The notes below the pieces were generated by a model, which saw nothing but the letters and a program-made list of their open reading frames with translations, ran no database searches and was not told where the DNA came from. Made by a program: the position numbers and the translations under genes. DNA of 64,000 nt from a virus: IMG/VR virus record IMGVR_UViG_3300045988_087402; one strand, 5' to 3'. Numbering within the stretch: position 1 is the first letter of the stretch; each line of letters opens with the position of its first letter. This document shows positions 17,485 to 28,700 of the stretch, one piece after another.

Positions 17485-20400
17485 AAGGTTTAAACTTAGA
17501 TTCAGCACCTCTTATCTCTGAAAATAAGTCTCTTAGATTTGCTAAAAATATTTCAGTTCATTCTTCTCTACAATCGTATATTAACGAAGCTGGTTTTAAA
17601 CCAATAGGTAATATATATAGTAATACAACAGATATTCTATGTGGTATTATAACTACTAATATAGGATTTGTAGCTTTTATTAAACGTAATACTTTAGGTT
17701 ATATAAATTATTATGAAGTAACAAATGATGAAGTTGTATTAAAAAAGAGTATATATGCTTACAATTTAAATTTCGATGAAAATAGACCTATAACAGGTGA
17801 CTATACATATAATTATAAAAATGAATTAATTATTACATTTACAGAAGGTATTTCAGAGGAAGCTAATGAGACAAGAATTATTAATATAAATAATCCTACT
17901 TCTCGTGTTGAATCTTCAGAAATACATGTTCAATTAAATACGTCCGAAGTTTCTTTATTAAATATAATTCCAGATGTAACATATCCTACTTTAAATTTTA
18001 GAGTATTAAATAGTGGAAGTTTAAAAGCTGGAGCTTATCAAGTAGCTATTAAATATTGTCTTGAAGACGGAACTTATACAAATTATAGTATATTACACAG
18101 AAGTATTATTATATCTGGTAATTATTTAGATAGTATAAAAGTAGGAGATTATGTTATTAAATCAATAGAAGTAAAATTTGCAAATGTAGAAATTAAATAT
18201 AAATATTATAAATTAGCTATTGTATATATTGATGAAGAAAGTCAATTAGCTTATGAAACAGATAATATAAAATTAGAAGGAGATAATACTTATATTATTA
18301 GTAATTTAGAAAATAATACTTCTATATCTTTAGAAGATATATTTGTCAATAAAATAGGATATATAAAAGATACTTGTCATGTTAATTTTAATAATAGACT
18401 TTTAAGAGGTAATGTAAAAACTATAGATTATTCATCATTAGATAATATATTAAAAAATGCAGCAAATAATGCAAAAGTAGATTTAATAAGTTATAATAAA
18501 CAAAGCGAGTTAGATAAGTCTACTACAAGTACTGATGTAGAAGATTATAATACTCCTTATTATATGGGTTATGAAGTTTATTCCATTTATATAGGATTTT
18601 TCGATTATAAAGGTTCTTTAATTAATATATATAAATGCCCATATAAAGAAGGAGATGCTACTACAAATTTTAATACAAATCATCTTATACCTTATTCAGA
18701 TAGAGATGTTGTATATAGATTGAGTGTAAGTTTTCCTACTAATATTATATCTACTATACCCAATACAGTTAAAAGTTTTTGTGTATTTAATGTTGAACAT
18801 AATTTTAATAACAGTAGGATATTAAGTCAGGCTATTGCTTTACGAGATACTGATATTAATATATTTTCAAATGGTCAAAAATATAGTGGACAATTTGATT
18901 CCGAAAGTAAAGTAAGAATATATCCTTTTGAATTTCTATTTAATAATAAAGAATCTATATCTGCTAATATTCTTACTTATGCTCAAATAGATGATACACA
19001 TATAAGTCATGATGGTAATAACTTACCAGATGAATATAAATGTGTTACAGATACTGAAGTAGCTACTTCAAGTATGAATTTAAATCTTAATGATTTATAT
19101 ACTACTGGAATTATAGGTGATACTCGACAAGATAAATTAAAATATATAGCTGCAAATAATAGTCAAGTAGATAATATAGCTGGTGATTCATATTATAGAA
19201 TTGTACATAATAATCCTGTTGAAGGTAGTAATTGGCTTACTGGTACTAATAGATTCGCACTTATATTGTTAGCAAATACTACTGATAATTTATATGTAGA
19301 TGAATATAATCAAACTCTACAAATAGCGAGTTCAATATATTCTATAAATGAAGATGTTAATGCTATTTGTTACGGTGATACAAGAATATCATATTTAACT
19401 CTTAGAGCTACTACTCCAGGAACTGGATTTAAAATAGGTGGTACTTCTGAAGAACAAAGTAACGCACATGTTTGGAGGTGGATATTTACAGTACCTATTG
19501 AAAGTAAATTTAATATAAGAGCGAGATATGATATAACAACTGTTGATAAAGCATATAAATTACATTATGCTACAGATATTAAAGATTTATATCCTTTATA
19601 TGGTCTTAGTTATGAAGTTGATAATGCTATAAATACAAGTATTGGAAAAGGATATTCTTTAATATTTAATGAAAATGGTATTCAAGATTACGTATATTGG
19701 GATGAAATACCGGGTATATTTGAATATCCATCTCGTATTATAAGAAGTGATATATTAAATACTGAAAGTGAAATTCTAAGTTGGAGATATTATAATGCTA
19801 ATGAATATAATGATTTACCTAATAATAGAGAAGGTATAGTTAGTCTTAAAACAGATAATAAAAATCTTTATATTCAACAACGTTATGGACTTAGATTAGC
19901 AAAACTTAGAGATACTCTTAGTGTTACTGGAGATGGAACTTCTTATTTAGGTAGTACAGATATATTTAATATTGAACCTTATGAAATATTATATTCTCCG
20001 AGTGGATATATTGGATGTATAAATAGTTTCGATACAGCTATAAACGTAGCTGGATATTTTGTTTATGATAACGATAAGGGTAAACTATTTAATATATTTG
20101 GAGATTCTGTTTCAGAAATTAGTAATATTAATACTAAAGAATGGTTTTATAAAAATAAATCAAATGATTATATAAATAATCCTTTTATTCATAATGGTCG
20201 ATACTTTAATTATAATGAAGATACTAATGTTTTAACATTTGTAAATAATAAGGATAATAATAAGTTTACAATATCTTTTAATAATAATGTTAAAAAATGG
20301 ATTTCATTTCATGATTATATTCCTTTGTACGGATTGACAAATCGACTCGGAACAATATGGATATTTGATGATAGTAAAATTATTAATAGTATTTATAAAG

Positions 20401-20909
20401 TAGATGAGAATATAAAAGGATATTTTAATGATAAATATTATCCTTCAACAATTAAGATATTATTTAATGAAAATCCTATTATAAATAAAGAGCTTCAAAA
20501 TATATTATGGAAAGATAGAGTTACTTATATAGATGATAATAGTAAATTAAAAGTTACTCTTTGGGATAAAACTATTGATAATATATTTGTTCATAATGAT
20601 ACACAATGTTCTGATATAAAAGTCGTAAAATTTAATAAAGAATGGTATAATGGAAATACTGGTGTTAATAAGATAAATATATGGAGATTCAATGATATAA
20701 AAGATTATGCAAAAACTCCTAATTTTTTAGCTAATGAAATTTCTATAAAAGATAATGCGTTACATACTAATCTTAAATGGTATAATAGAAACGAAATAGT
20801 TAGTCAATTTGTATATGTTATAATGACTTTCAATAATACAAGTAATAATTATGAATATGAATTACAAGAAGCTGATGCACAGTGGATTGTTGATAATAGG
20901 AATAATTAA
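17475..20909 (+). CDS. large tail structural protein
   Basis: 1144 aa, Asn/Tyr/Ile-rich beta-type composition. Overlapping start with the upstream gene. Size and position fit a crAss tail component. Confidence 0.4.
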   Translation: MEIKGLNLDSAPLISENKSLRFAKNISVHSSLQSYINEAGFKPIGNIYSNTTDILCGIITTNIGFVAFIKRNTLGYINYYEVTNDEVVLKKSIYAYNLNFDENRPITGDYTYNYKNELIITFTEGISEEANETRIININNPTSRVESSEIHVQLNTSEVSLLNIIPDVTYPTLNFRVLNSGSLKAGAYQVAIKYCLEDGTYTNYSILHRSIIISGNYLDSIKVGDYVIKSIEVKFANVEIKYKYYKLAIVYIDEESQLAYETDNIKLEGDNTYIISNLENNTSISLEDIFVNKIGYIKDTCHVNFNNRLLRGNVKTIDYSSLDNILKNAANNAKVDLISYNKQSELDKSTTSTDVEDYNTPYYMGYEVYSIYIGFFDYKGSLINIYKCPYKEGDATTNFNTNHLIPYSDRDVVYRLSVSFPTNIISTIPNTVKSFCVFNVEHNFNNSRILSQAIALRDTDINIFSNGQKYSGQFDSESKVRIYPFEFLFNNKESISANILTYAQIDDTHISHDGNNLPDEYKCVTDTEVATSSMNLNLNDLYTTGIIGDTRQDKLKYIAANNSQVDNIAGDSYYRIVHNNPVEGSNWLTGTNRFALILLANTTDNLYVDEYNQTLQIASSIYSINEDVNAICYGDTRISYLTLRATTPGTGFKIGGTSEEQSNAHVWRWIFTVPIESKFNIRARYDITTVDKAYKLHYATDIKDLYPLYGLSYEVDNAINTSIGKGYSLIFNENGIQDYVYWDEIPGIFEYPSRIIRSDILNTESEILSWRYYNANEYNDLPNNREGIVSLKTDNKNLYIQQRYGLRLAKLRDTLSVTGDGTSYLGSTDIFNIEPYEILYSPSGYIGCINSFDTAINVAGYFVYDNDKGKLFNIFGDSVSEISNINTKEWFYKNKSNDYINNPFIHNGRYFNYNEDTNVLTFVNNKDNNKFTISFNNNVKKWISFHDYIPLYGLTNRLGTIWIFDDSKIINSIYKVDENIKGYFNDKYYPSTIKILFNENPIINKELQNILWKDRVTYIDDNSKLKVTLWDKTIDNIFVHNDTQCSDIKVVKFNKEWYNGNTGVNKINIWRFNDIKDYAKTPNFLANEISIKDNALHTNLKWYNRNEIVSQFVYVIMTFNNTSNNYEYELQEADAQWIVDNRNN

Positions 20910-20921
20910 CATTTATAAGAT

Positions 20922-22652
20922 ATGGCAATAGAAATTAAAAAAGAAAACAGAGGTAAGTTTACCGCTTCTGCCAAAAAAGCTGGTATGGGAGTTCAAGAAT
21001 ATGCTCGACATATATTAGCTAATAAAGATGATTATTCAACAACGATGATAAAACGAGCAAATTTTGCTAAAAATATAGGTGGTGCAGCAAGACGAAGAAG
21101 TAGAGCTTTGGGAGGTACTGCTACTTATGGAAATGAATATACTTATAAAGATATATCTAATGAAGAAATAGGTGGTGGTGATAATCTTAGAAATAATACA
21201 TTAGGAGGATTAGGAAGCGGTGCTGCAATAGGTACTATGATACTTCCCGGAATAGGAACTGCGATAGGTGGAGTACTTGGTGCAATAGGAGGACTTGTTG
21301 GAGGATTATTTGGTAATCGTAAAAGAAAAGAAGAATTAGCTAAAGCTAAAGAAACTGAAAGACAACAGACTATAGCGGCTATGAATGATAAAATTGAAGC
21401 TGATTATACAAATCTACAAAATAGGTCTTTAAATGATTATTCAGAAGGTAATGGATTTTATGCTAAATATGGAGGTAGATTTCCTATTAGATATAGAATG
21501 GCTAAAGGAGGTTTAATTCCAAATTCTTCAAATAGTGATGTTGCTTATGGTGCAACACATGAACAATTTAATCAATTAACAGGTACAACTGGAATACCTC
21601 TCGGTAATTATGAAGTTGAAGGAGGTGGAGATAATAATGGTAATCTACAAGCTGGAGAAGTTATTACTTATGATAATTTAGGAGCTAATGTGTTTTCAGA
21701 TACATTGAAGTTACCAAATAGTAAAAAAACTTATGCAGACGTAGCTAAAAAACTTACTGACCAAAAAGGTAAATTAGAAAATGCTACCTCTGCTATAGTA
21801 AATACTATAGAAGAATCATTAAATGAAATTCCTAAAAATAAGTTAAATAGACTTACACTTGGTACTAAAGTAAGAAATACAGAAAAAATGGTTCGAACTT
21901 TGAATATAGTTAGCGGTAAAATAGCAGAAGTAGATAATAAAATACAAAATCTATATAATGAGCAAGAAATACATGCTACAATTAAAGGATATAGAAATGG
22001 TGAAAATATAGCAGCTAAATATGGAGGAAGGTGTAAACGAGGTATGGGAGGTTGGATGGCTGGATTTGGACTTCTAACAAATTTAATGAACTCTTTATCT
22101 ACAGCTAATGCAATAGATTATGAATCTAAAATACCACTTCCTCGTCAAAATAGAGTTAATACTCCTGTATATAGTACAAATTATAATATTAATTCACAAC
22201 TCCAGGAAATAGATTCTCAAATTAGTTCTGCAAAAAGATATATAACAGCTAATAGTAATAGTCCTCAAGTAGCTCGTGCAGCTATTGGGGAATTATCTGC
22301 AAATGCATCTCGATTAAAAAATCAAATATATGCTGATAGAAATAGAGTATTAGCACAAATATACGATAAAAATGTAGAAGCGAGAAGTAATACTGAAAGA
22401 ATTAATAATCAAATAGATTATGAAAATGCGGTAAATGAATATAATAAATATATTGATATAAATAGTAAACGTGCTGCTAATAGACAACAGATGATGCAAG
22501 GTATTTCTAATGGTATTCAAGATTATGCAAATTGGAAGATACAACTTGGTAATATGGCTTTGACTTCTTTAGGTTTACCGAAAGGTGTTGGTCGACAGAT
22601 GAATGGTATTATGAATAGACTTTATGGAATTAATTTTTCTATTGATAATTAA
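20922..22652 (+). CDS. tail/ejection protein with glycine-zipper membrane segment
   Basis: 576 aa. Residues ~95-135 read LGGLGSGAAIGTMILPGIGTAIGGVLGAIGGLVGGLFG (GxxxG repeats). The C-terminal half is coiled-coil. Confidence 0.4.
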   Translation: MAIEIKKENRGKFTASAKKAGMGVQEYARHILANKDDYSTTMIKRANFAKNIGGAARRRSRALGGTATYGNEYTYKDISNEEIGGGDNLRNNTLGGLGSGAAIGTMILPGIGTAIGGVLGAIGGLVGGLFGNRKRKEELAKAKETERQQTIAAMNDKIEADYTNLQNRSLNDYSEGNGFYAKYGGRFPIRYRMAKGGLIPNSSNSDVAYGATHEQFNQLTGTTGIPLGNYEVEGGGDNNGNLQAGEVITYDNLGANVFSDTLKLPNSKKTYADVAKKLTDQKGKLENATSAIVNTIEESLNEIPKNKLNRLTLGTKVRNTEKMVRTLNIVSGKIAEVDNKIQNLYNEQEIHATIKGYRNGENIAAKYGGRCKRGMGGWMAGFGLLTNLMNSLSTANAIDYESKIPLPRQNRVNTPVYSTNYNINSQLQEIDSQISSAKRYITANSNSPQVARAAIGELSANASRLKNQIYADRNRVLAQIYDKNVEARSNTERINNQIDYENAVNEYNKYIDINSKRAANRQQMMQGISNGIQDYANWKIQLGNMALTSLGLPKGVGRQMNGIMNRLYGINFSIDN

Positions 22653-22660
22653 ACTACGAT

Positions 22661-22685
22661 AAGGGTGTATTTTCGATATACCCTT
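22661..22685 (+). terminator. stem-loop aagggtgtat-tttcg-atatacccttat (10 bp, one G-U) followed by tttgcaatttt
   Basis: Read directly, 9 nt after the stop of 20922-22652. Confidence 0.45.
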
Positions 22686-22723
22686 ATTTGCAATTTTAAG
22701 GTATCAAATTTCGATTTAAAATT

Positions 22724-25700
22724 ATGGTAAAGATAAGAACAGGTCAATATAATTTCGGTCAAATAAACACGCCTAAAATGGCCGATATAAGCCAAATTTA
22801 CGCATCTGTAGGACAGCAACTCAATAAGATGTATTACGACAATCGACAGGCTTATATTAATAATATAGTTAATCCACTTTCTCAAATGCACGCTAATAAA
22901 GATGATGAGGCTTTATTAAATGAGAAAAAGAATGCTATAACAGATGGTGCAAATGCTTTCAAAGAAAGTGATAATTGGCATCAAGCAAGTGATTATATTT
23001 ATAATACAGTAGAAAATATAATTACAGATGAAGGGTTAGCTTTAATAAATTCTAAATATCAACAGAGACAAGCATACATACAATCTCTTAAAGATAGTGG
23101 TTGGTCTCAACAACAGCAAGATATTTTCTTAGCTCGTTCAGATTATTATTCTACAGCAGTTAAAGAAGAAAATGGAAAAGTTGTTGAAGGAGCTTTTAAT
23201 GCTGTAAATTATGGTACACCTTATGATATAAATGAACAACTTGATAAAATAACAAATATAATAAGTAAGGCTAAAGCAAGTAGTGAATCTATAACAAATA
23301 TAAGTGCTGAAGATGCAGTTATAAAAGGATTAGCAAATGTTTTAAATGTCGATGGAGAAACTTTTGTTAGTAATTTTTTACAAACTACTAAATCTACAGA
23401 GTCTGTATCTTATGATGATTTATATAATTATGTTTCTCAACGTCTATATAATAATCAAGAATATATAGATTATAAAACTACTATTGAACAAAATGCTTTA
23501 TTTAAAGAACGCTTTATACCGGATAGTAATAATCCACGAGGTGGTACTTTAAGGGATTTAACTCCAGAATTATTAAAAGATGTATTTAATCAAAGTTATG
23601 CTATTAATGCTTTAGTTGGGACAGGAATATCATTATCTGATTTAGGACAACTTAATGATAATGGTACTTTTACTCTGAATCCTAATATGACAGAAGATAC
23701 CATTAAAAAACTTACAGGAATTAGTGCTGCATTAGGTTTTGATATGGTATCGTATTTAACTACAGGAATAAGTTATTCTGATAATGTTGATATAGATTCG
23801 TTATATGAATTTTTAGATGTTGCTTTTAATAATTATATAGATAATGAATTTAATAATTATTTAAAAAATAATAATATATCTCTTGATAATCCTAATATAG
23901 AAGCCTATAAAGAAAATTGGTATTTGAATTTAAGAACACAGAATGCAATACAATCTGAAATTCATGCTAACGCTGATTCATTAGCAGATTTAATGTCCTT
24001 TACAAGAACTAAAGTAGTTTATGATTTAATTAGTAATAATTCCGTTTATACAACAGCTTATAAACATAAAAAAGAATTAGAAACCAAATATACTACAGAG
24101 GGATTTACTACAGCATCTACTCTTCCTGATACTCCTGTAAATGTCGGTAGTACAAAAAGTATTCAAGCTCGAAAAACTGAATTAGGAGAAACTCTTGCAC
24201 AAATTGTAAATGATAGTCGTTCAATACCTATAACAGAAAATATGTATAAAGTTTTGAATACTATGTATGGTATTGAGCCGGGAGATGTTTCATCTATTAA
24301 TAAATTAGATTTATCTGAAATTCTTAATAATCCTGATATAAATCTTAGTGATAAAGAACGTGAAGCATTTCAACGTTTACATAGGAATAATCAAATTGAA
24401 GCTCAAATTAAAGGTGAAATAGATAATTATGATAGAGAACTTAGTGATGTTTATAATATATTAAAAGATGATGTATCTAATTTAGATTATACTTCACAAT
24501 TTATAATAAATCACAATATTACAAATTATGAAGATTATAAGGAATATATGGCTGAATTTCCTAATTCCGGTCAAGCTCCTATAAATTATATATATCCTGG
24601 TAATGAAATTCCTTATATAGCTAAAGATATTACAGATAGAAAATCTCGTATATTAACAGAAGATGAATTTAATAAATTACAACAATCTCTTACTGAACAT
24701 GCAGCTGAGATATATAAAAAGAAGACAGGAGAAGATTTAAATTATACAACAAAAGGTGTTGTTATATTTAATCCAACAGGTGTATCTCGTCAATATTTAG
24801 ATAATGCTATAGACGCTATAGGAACAAGTTCTGATTCTTGGGTATTAGAAAATGTACAAGGAACTAAGAAATTTAATAAAAATATAGGTCTTAGTTTAGC
24901 TAATAATCCAGAATTAGTAAGACTTCTTTTAACACATGCTCCTACAAGTGGTTCTGGTACTATACCTAATATAAAAGATGTTGGCATAGATGCTAAAGAA
25001 ACAGGACTTCCTGATAAAACTTATGACATTCGTTATAATATTGTTTATGATAATAATGATTTTGCTGAAACAGGACAAGCTAAACAAAAAATATTATGTA
25101 CAGCTTTAGACGTTAATGGTGCACCTCTTGGTAGTTTTACTATATCACGAGATATTAGTAAAGAAGCTCTATTAAATATGATACAATCTGATTACAATAA
25201 TATACGAACTTCTCAAATATATGATAACAATATATCTGGAGAAAATGTATTATCAGAAAGTAGAGGAAAAATTGTAAGTCAAGCTGCATCACATATGTTT
25301 TCCTTTACTCCTGTTACTGGTGTGAAAAATACTACAACAGCTGGTTCAACTTTAAATTTACAAGCTCGTGCTCAACAATTAGAAGTTGGAACTGGAATAA
25401 ATGGTGATGGAGAAAAGTTATATGTTCAGTCCAATTTAATAATACCAACTACTCAACAAAATATCGGAAATGCTTATTTTGAAATAAGTAAAGAATCTCT
25501 TGGTAGAGGTGAATATGGATATAAGGTTGTAATGGTTCAACCAGATGGTAAAGGAAATTGGGTAGATGCAAGTATGCTTGATTGGGGGGATGAAAGATTA
25601 AATCATAATTTTTATACTCTTTCTCGAAAAGGTATGCCAGTTAAAAATATAAATGATGCTTTTGCAGAATTAAGTGATTATTTGTTAAGTATCGGTTATC

Positions 25701-25726
25701 AAATGAATATAAATTATGGGAAATAA
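22724..25726 (+). CDS. large structural or ejected (cargo) protein
   Basis: 1000-aa ORF. Preceded by aaatttcgattt, related to the shared upstream motif. Confidence 0.4.
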   Translation: MVKIRTGQYNFGQINTPKMADISQIYASVGQQLNKMYYDNRQAYINNIVNPLSQMHANKDDEALLNEKKNAITDGANAFKESDNWHQASDYIYNTVENIITDEGLALINSKYQQRQAYIQSLKDSGWSQQQQDIFLARSDYYSTAVKEENGKVVEGAFNAVNYGTPYDINEQLDKITNIISKAKASSESITNISAEDAVIKGLANVLNVDGETFVSNFLQTTKSTESVSYDDLYNYVSQRLYNNQEYIDYKTTIEQNALFKERFIPDSNNPRGGTLRDLTPELLKDVFNQSYAINALVGTGISLSDLGQLNDNGTFTLNPNMTEDTIKKLTGISAALGFDMVSYLTTGISYSDNVDIDSLYEFLDVAFNNYIDNEFNNYLKNNNISLDNPNIEAYKENWYLNLRTQNAIQSEIHANADSLADLMSFTRTKVVYDLISNNSVYTTAYKHKKELETKYTTEGFTTASTLPDTPVNVGSTKSIQARKTELGETLAQIVNDSRSIPITENMYKVLNTMYGIEPGDVSSINKLDLSEILNNPDINLSDKEREAFQRLHRNNQIEAQIKGEIDNYDRELSDVYNILKDDVSNLDYTSQFIINHNITNYEDYKEYMAEFPNSGQAPINYIYPGNEIPYIAKDITDRKSRILTEDEFNKLQQSLTEHAAEIYKKKTGEDLNYTTKGVVIFNPTGVSRQYLDNAIDAIGTSSDSWVLENVQGTKKFNKNIGLSLANNPELVRLLLTHAPTSGSGTIPNIKDVGIDAKETGLPDKTYDIRYNIVYDNNDFAETGQAKQKILCTALDVNGAPLGSFTISRDISKEALLNMIQSDYNNIRTSQIYDNNISGENVLSESRGKIVSQAASHMFSFTPVTGVKNTTTAGSTLNLQARAQQLEVGTGINGDGEKLYVQSNLIIPTTQQNIGNAYFEISKESLGRGEYGYKVVMVQPDGKGNWVDASMLDWGDERLNHNFYTLSRKGMPVKNINDAFAELSDYLLSIGYQMNINYGK

Positions 25727-28700
25727 AATAGGAACTCCTGTAAGTTTAAATCCGGTAACTGTTGAAGATAAACCTTCGACAGTTATCGGAACTCCTGTTA
25801 AAATAAGTAATCCAACGGGAGGTCAATCTTTTATGCAAGGATTTATGTCAACATCTCCTCGAAATTTTGATATATCTTCTTATCAAAAAATGATGAATAA
25901 TGTTGATACAAATCTTCCTTTAAATATTCTTAATGAAGAAAGAGCACGTTATCAAAGTACAGGTCATTTAATAGGTAATTCTCTTATTCAATTAGGAGGT
26001 ACTATAATAGGGGATATTATATCTGGAGTAGGAGCTTTATTTAATTTTAATAAAGTTGGTATAGAATTTATCAAAGATATTGTAGATACAAATTATCAAC
26101 CGGATTGGACTACTATAATGAATAAAGGTGTTAGTGGTGCTATTCAAGATTTTGGTAAGTCTATAAGTGAGGGAAGTAGAGAAATAGCTCCTATATATTT
26201 AACTGAACGTGCTCAACGCGGTGGTCTTGCTGGAGGTATGGGAGATAAAACTTGGTGGGCTGCTAATTTTCCTACTATAGGTAGTGCTGCCACATCTATG
26301 ATTCCTATTATGGGACAAATGAGAGCATTAAATTATATAGGTAAGTCATTATCAAAGGTTGGAAATGTTTCTAAAATAGGTAGAGGAATTAACACATTAG
26401 GTCGTACAATAACTAATAATAAAGTACAAGCTACAATAGGTACTCTTTATGGTGCACATTTGGATATTATGCAAGAAATAGTATATGACTATGATAATCA
26501 ATTTCAATATGCTAAAAATCTTGGATATTCAGATGAAGAAGCTCGTGAATTTGCAAGTATTTATGCTTCTACTGCTTATAAAGATGCTTGGGCTTATGGA
26601 ATACTTTTTAATGCTATAGAATTAAATAGTATATTAAAAGGTACAAATAGATTTTCAAAAACTATATCTGAAGTAGATAAAACTATTAATAAACATATTC
26701 CTGATATATCACGTCAAGGAACTAAGTTTACAGGTATTTCAGAAGAAGTTGTTGATTTATCCAAAAAGACTATATTTCGTGCAACTTTAGGAAAAAGTTA
26801 TGATTTCTTTAAAACTTCTATTTCAGAAGGTCTTGAAGAAATGCGTACAGATATAGCTTTAAAAGAAGGTGAATTAGAAGCTAAAAAATATCTTGATATT
26901 TATGACCCATTAAATGATATGACATTTGCGAAAAGACTTTATTCGCAAGTTAGTGATGCTCGAAATTGGGATAGTTTTTTATGGGGTATGGCAGGAGGTG
27001 CCGTAATGTATGCTGGAAAAGGTATATTAAATAAAATTCGTATGCCAGATTCATATAAAGATTATAATAAAAAATTATATGAAGGTATAATGAATAGTTT
27101 ACAAGATACTATAAATACTATAGCTACATTTGATGGAGATTTAAGTATAAGAACCAGTTTAGAAGAAGACCCTGCAATAACTATATTAGCTCCTTTATTT
27201 AATACTTTAGGAGCTGCCAACGCAATAGTTTATGGAGAAAGATTATTAGATGAACTTGGAACTATGACTTCTGAAGAATTAACTGCTGTTTACGGTTCTG
27301 ATAAAACAGAACTTATAAATACTCTTCGAGAAGAATTTAAAATAGCTAAAGATATATATGTTAGAAATGCTGATATAACTTATAATAGCAAAGCTGATGA
27401 TTATATTCAAAATGAAATGGCAGGTTTAGAGTATTTACATAATTATTATACTCGTAAATTTAATGAGATAGAAACAGAGATACAAAGAATTAAAACTCTA
27501 AACGATGATTTAGATATAAAACGAGATAATGAACTTAAAGAATTAGATGGTAGATTATATAAATTAAATTCTGATAAAGAATCTCTTTTAAATTCTATTA
27601 AATTTAATGAAGCCAATTCTAATGCGATAGATAAATTTGTTAATAGTAAAGAAACTTCTGAAAAATTAAACGATTTAAAACGCGAAAAAGAATCTTTAGA
27701 AAAAGAGATAAAATCTATTAAACAAACTATTAAATCTAATAATACTCGTAATGATAATATTCGACGTAATTTAGATAGATTGAATAGTTTATTATTAAAT
27801 TCTGAAACTGATACTGAAAAAGAACAATATAAAACTGAGTTAAAACATAATAAAAATAAACTTAGAGATAATAGTAAAAATATAGATAATTTATATATTA
27901 AAGAACAAGCTTTATCTGGAATTGAAACTTCTATTGCATATTTAAATGGTGAAATAGAATCTCAATTAAAAAGAAAAGAATTTAATACAAAAGCTATCGA
28001 AAGAGCTAAATCTACAATAGATATGATAGATGCTCAAATAGATAAATATAAAGAATCAAGAGGTGATATAATTAAACGTTATGAAGAAATAAGAAAAGAT
28101 TATGATTCAATTCCGAGAGTTAAAAATATTACTTTAGAGGATTTAACTAAGCTACGAGATAATATATTTAAACAACTTTCTAATTATGGAAATATACAAG
28201 ACCATAAAGAAGAATTTGCTAATAATCTTAAAACAGCTGTAGAATCTATAATTGATATTGAAACTAAAGAATTAGAACGTAAAGAATATAAGATTGAAGA
28301 AGATAAGAAAAATACAGAATCTGAAATTAAAGAAGAAGATGAATTTAATAATCGTCCTACATCTATAAAAACAGTTTTAAATGAAGGTGAATATATAACT
28401 TTAACTATAGATGATTTAAATAGGATTAGAAGTTTTATAATAAAAGGTAAGAAATATGATTTAAATAAAATTTATAATATACGAGGAAAAGATGTAGAAA
28501 TAATTAATATAAAAGATGATAATGGAATTATAAAAGTTACTACACCAGAGGGTGATATTCTGGCTGTAATATTTAATATGTTATCATCTCGTGATAATAG
28601 TGGATATTCAAAGACAATTTATAATGCGATAGATAGATTTACAAAAAGTAATTTTGAAAATGATTTTTATGATACATTAGTTGATTTAGATAAAGCATTA

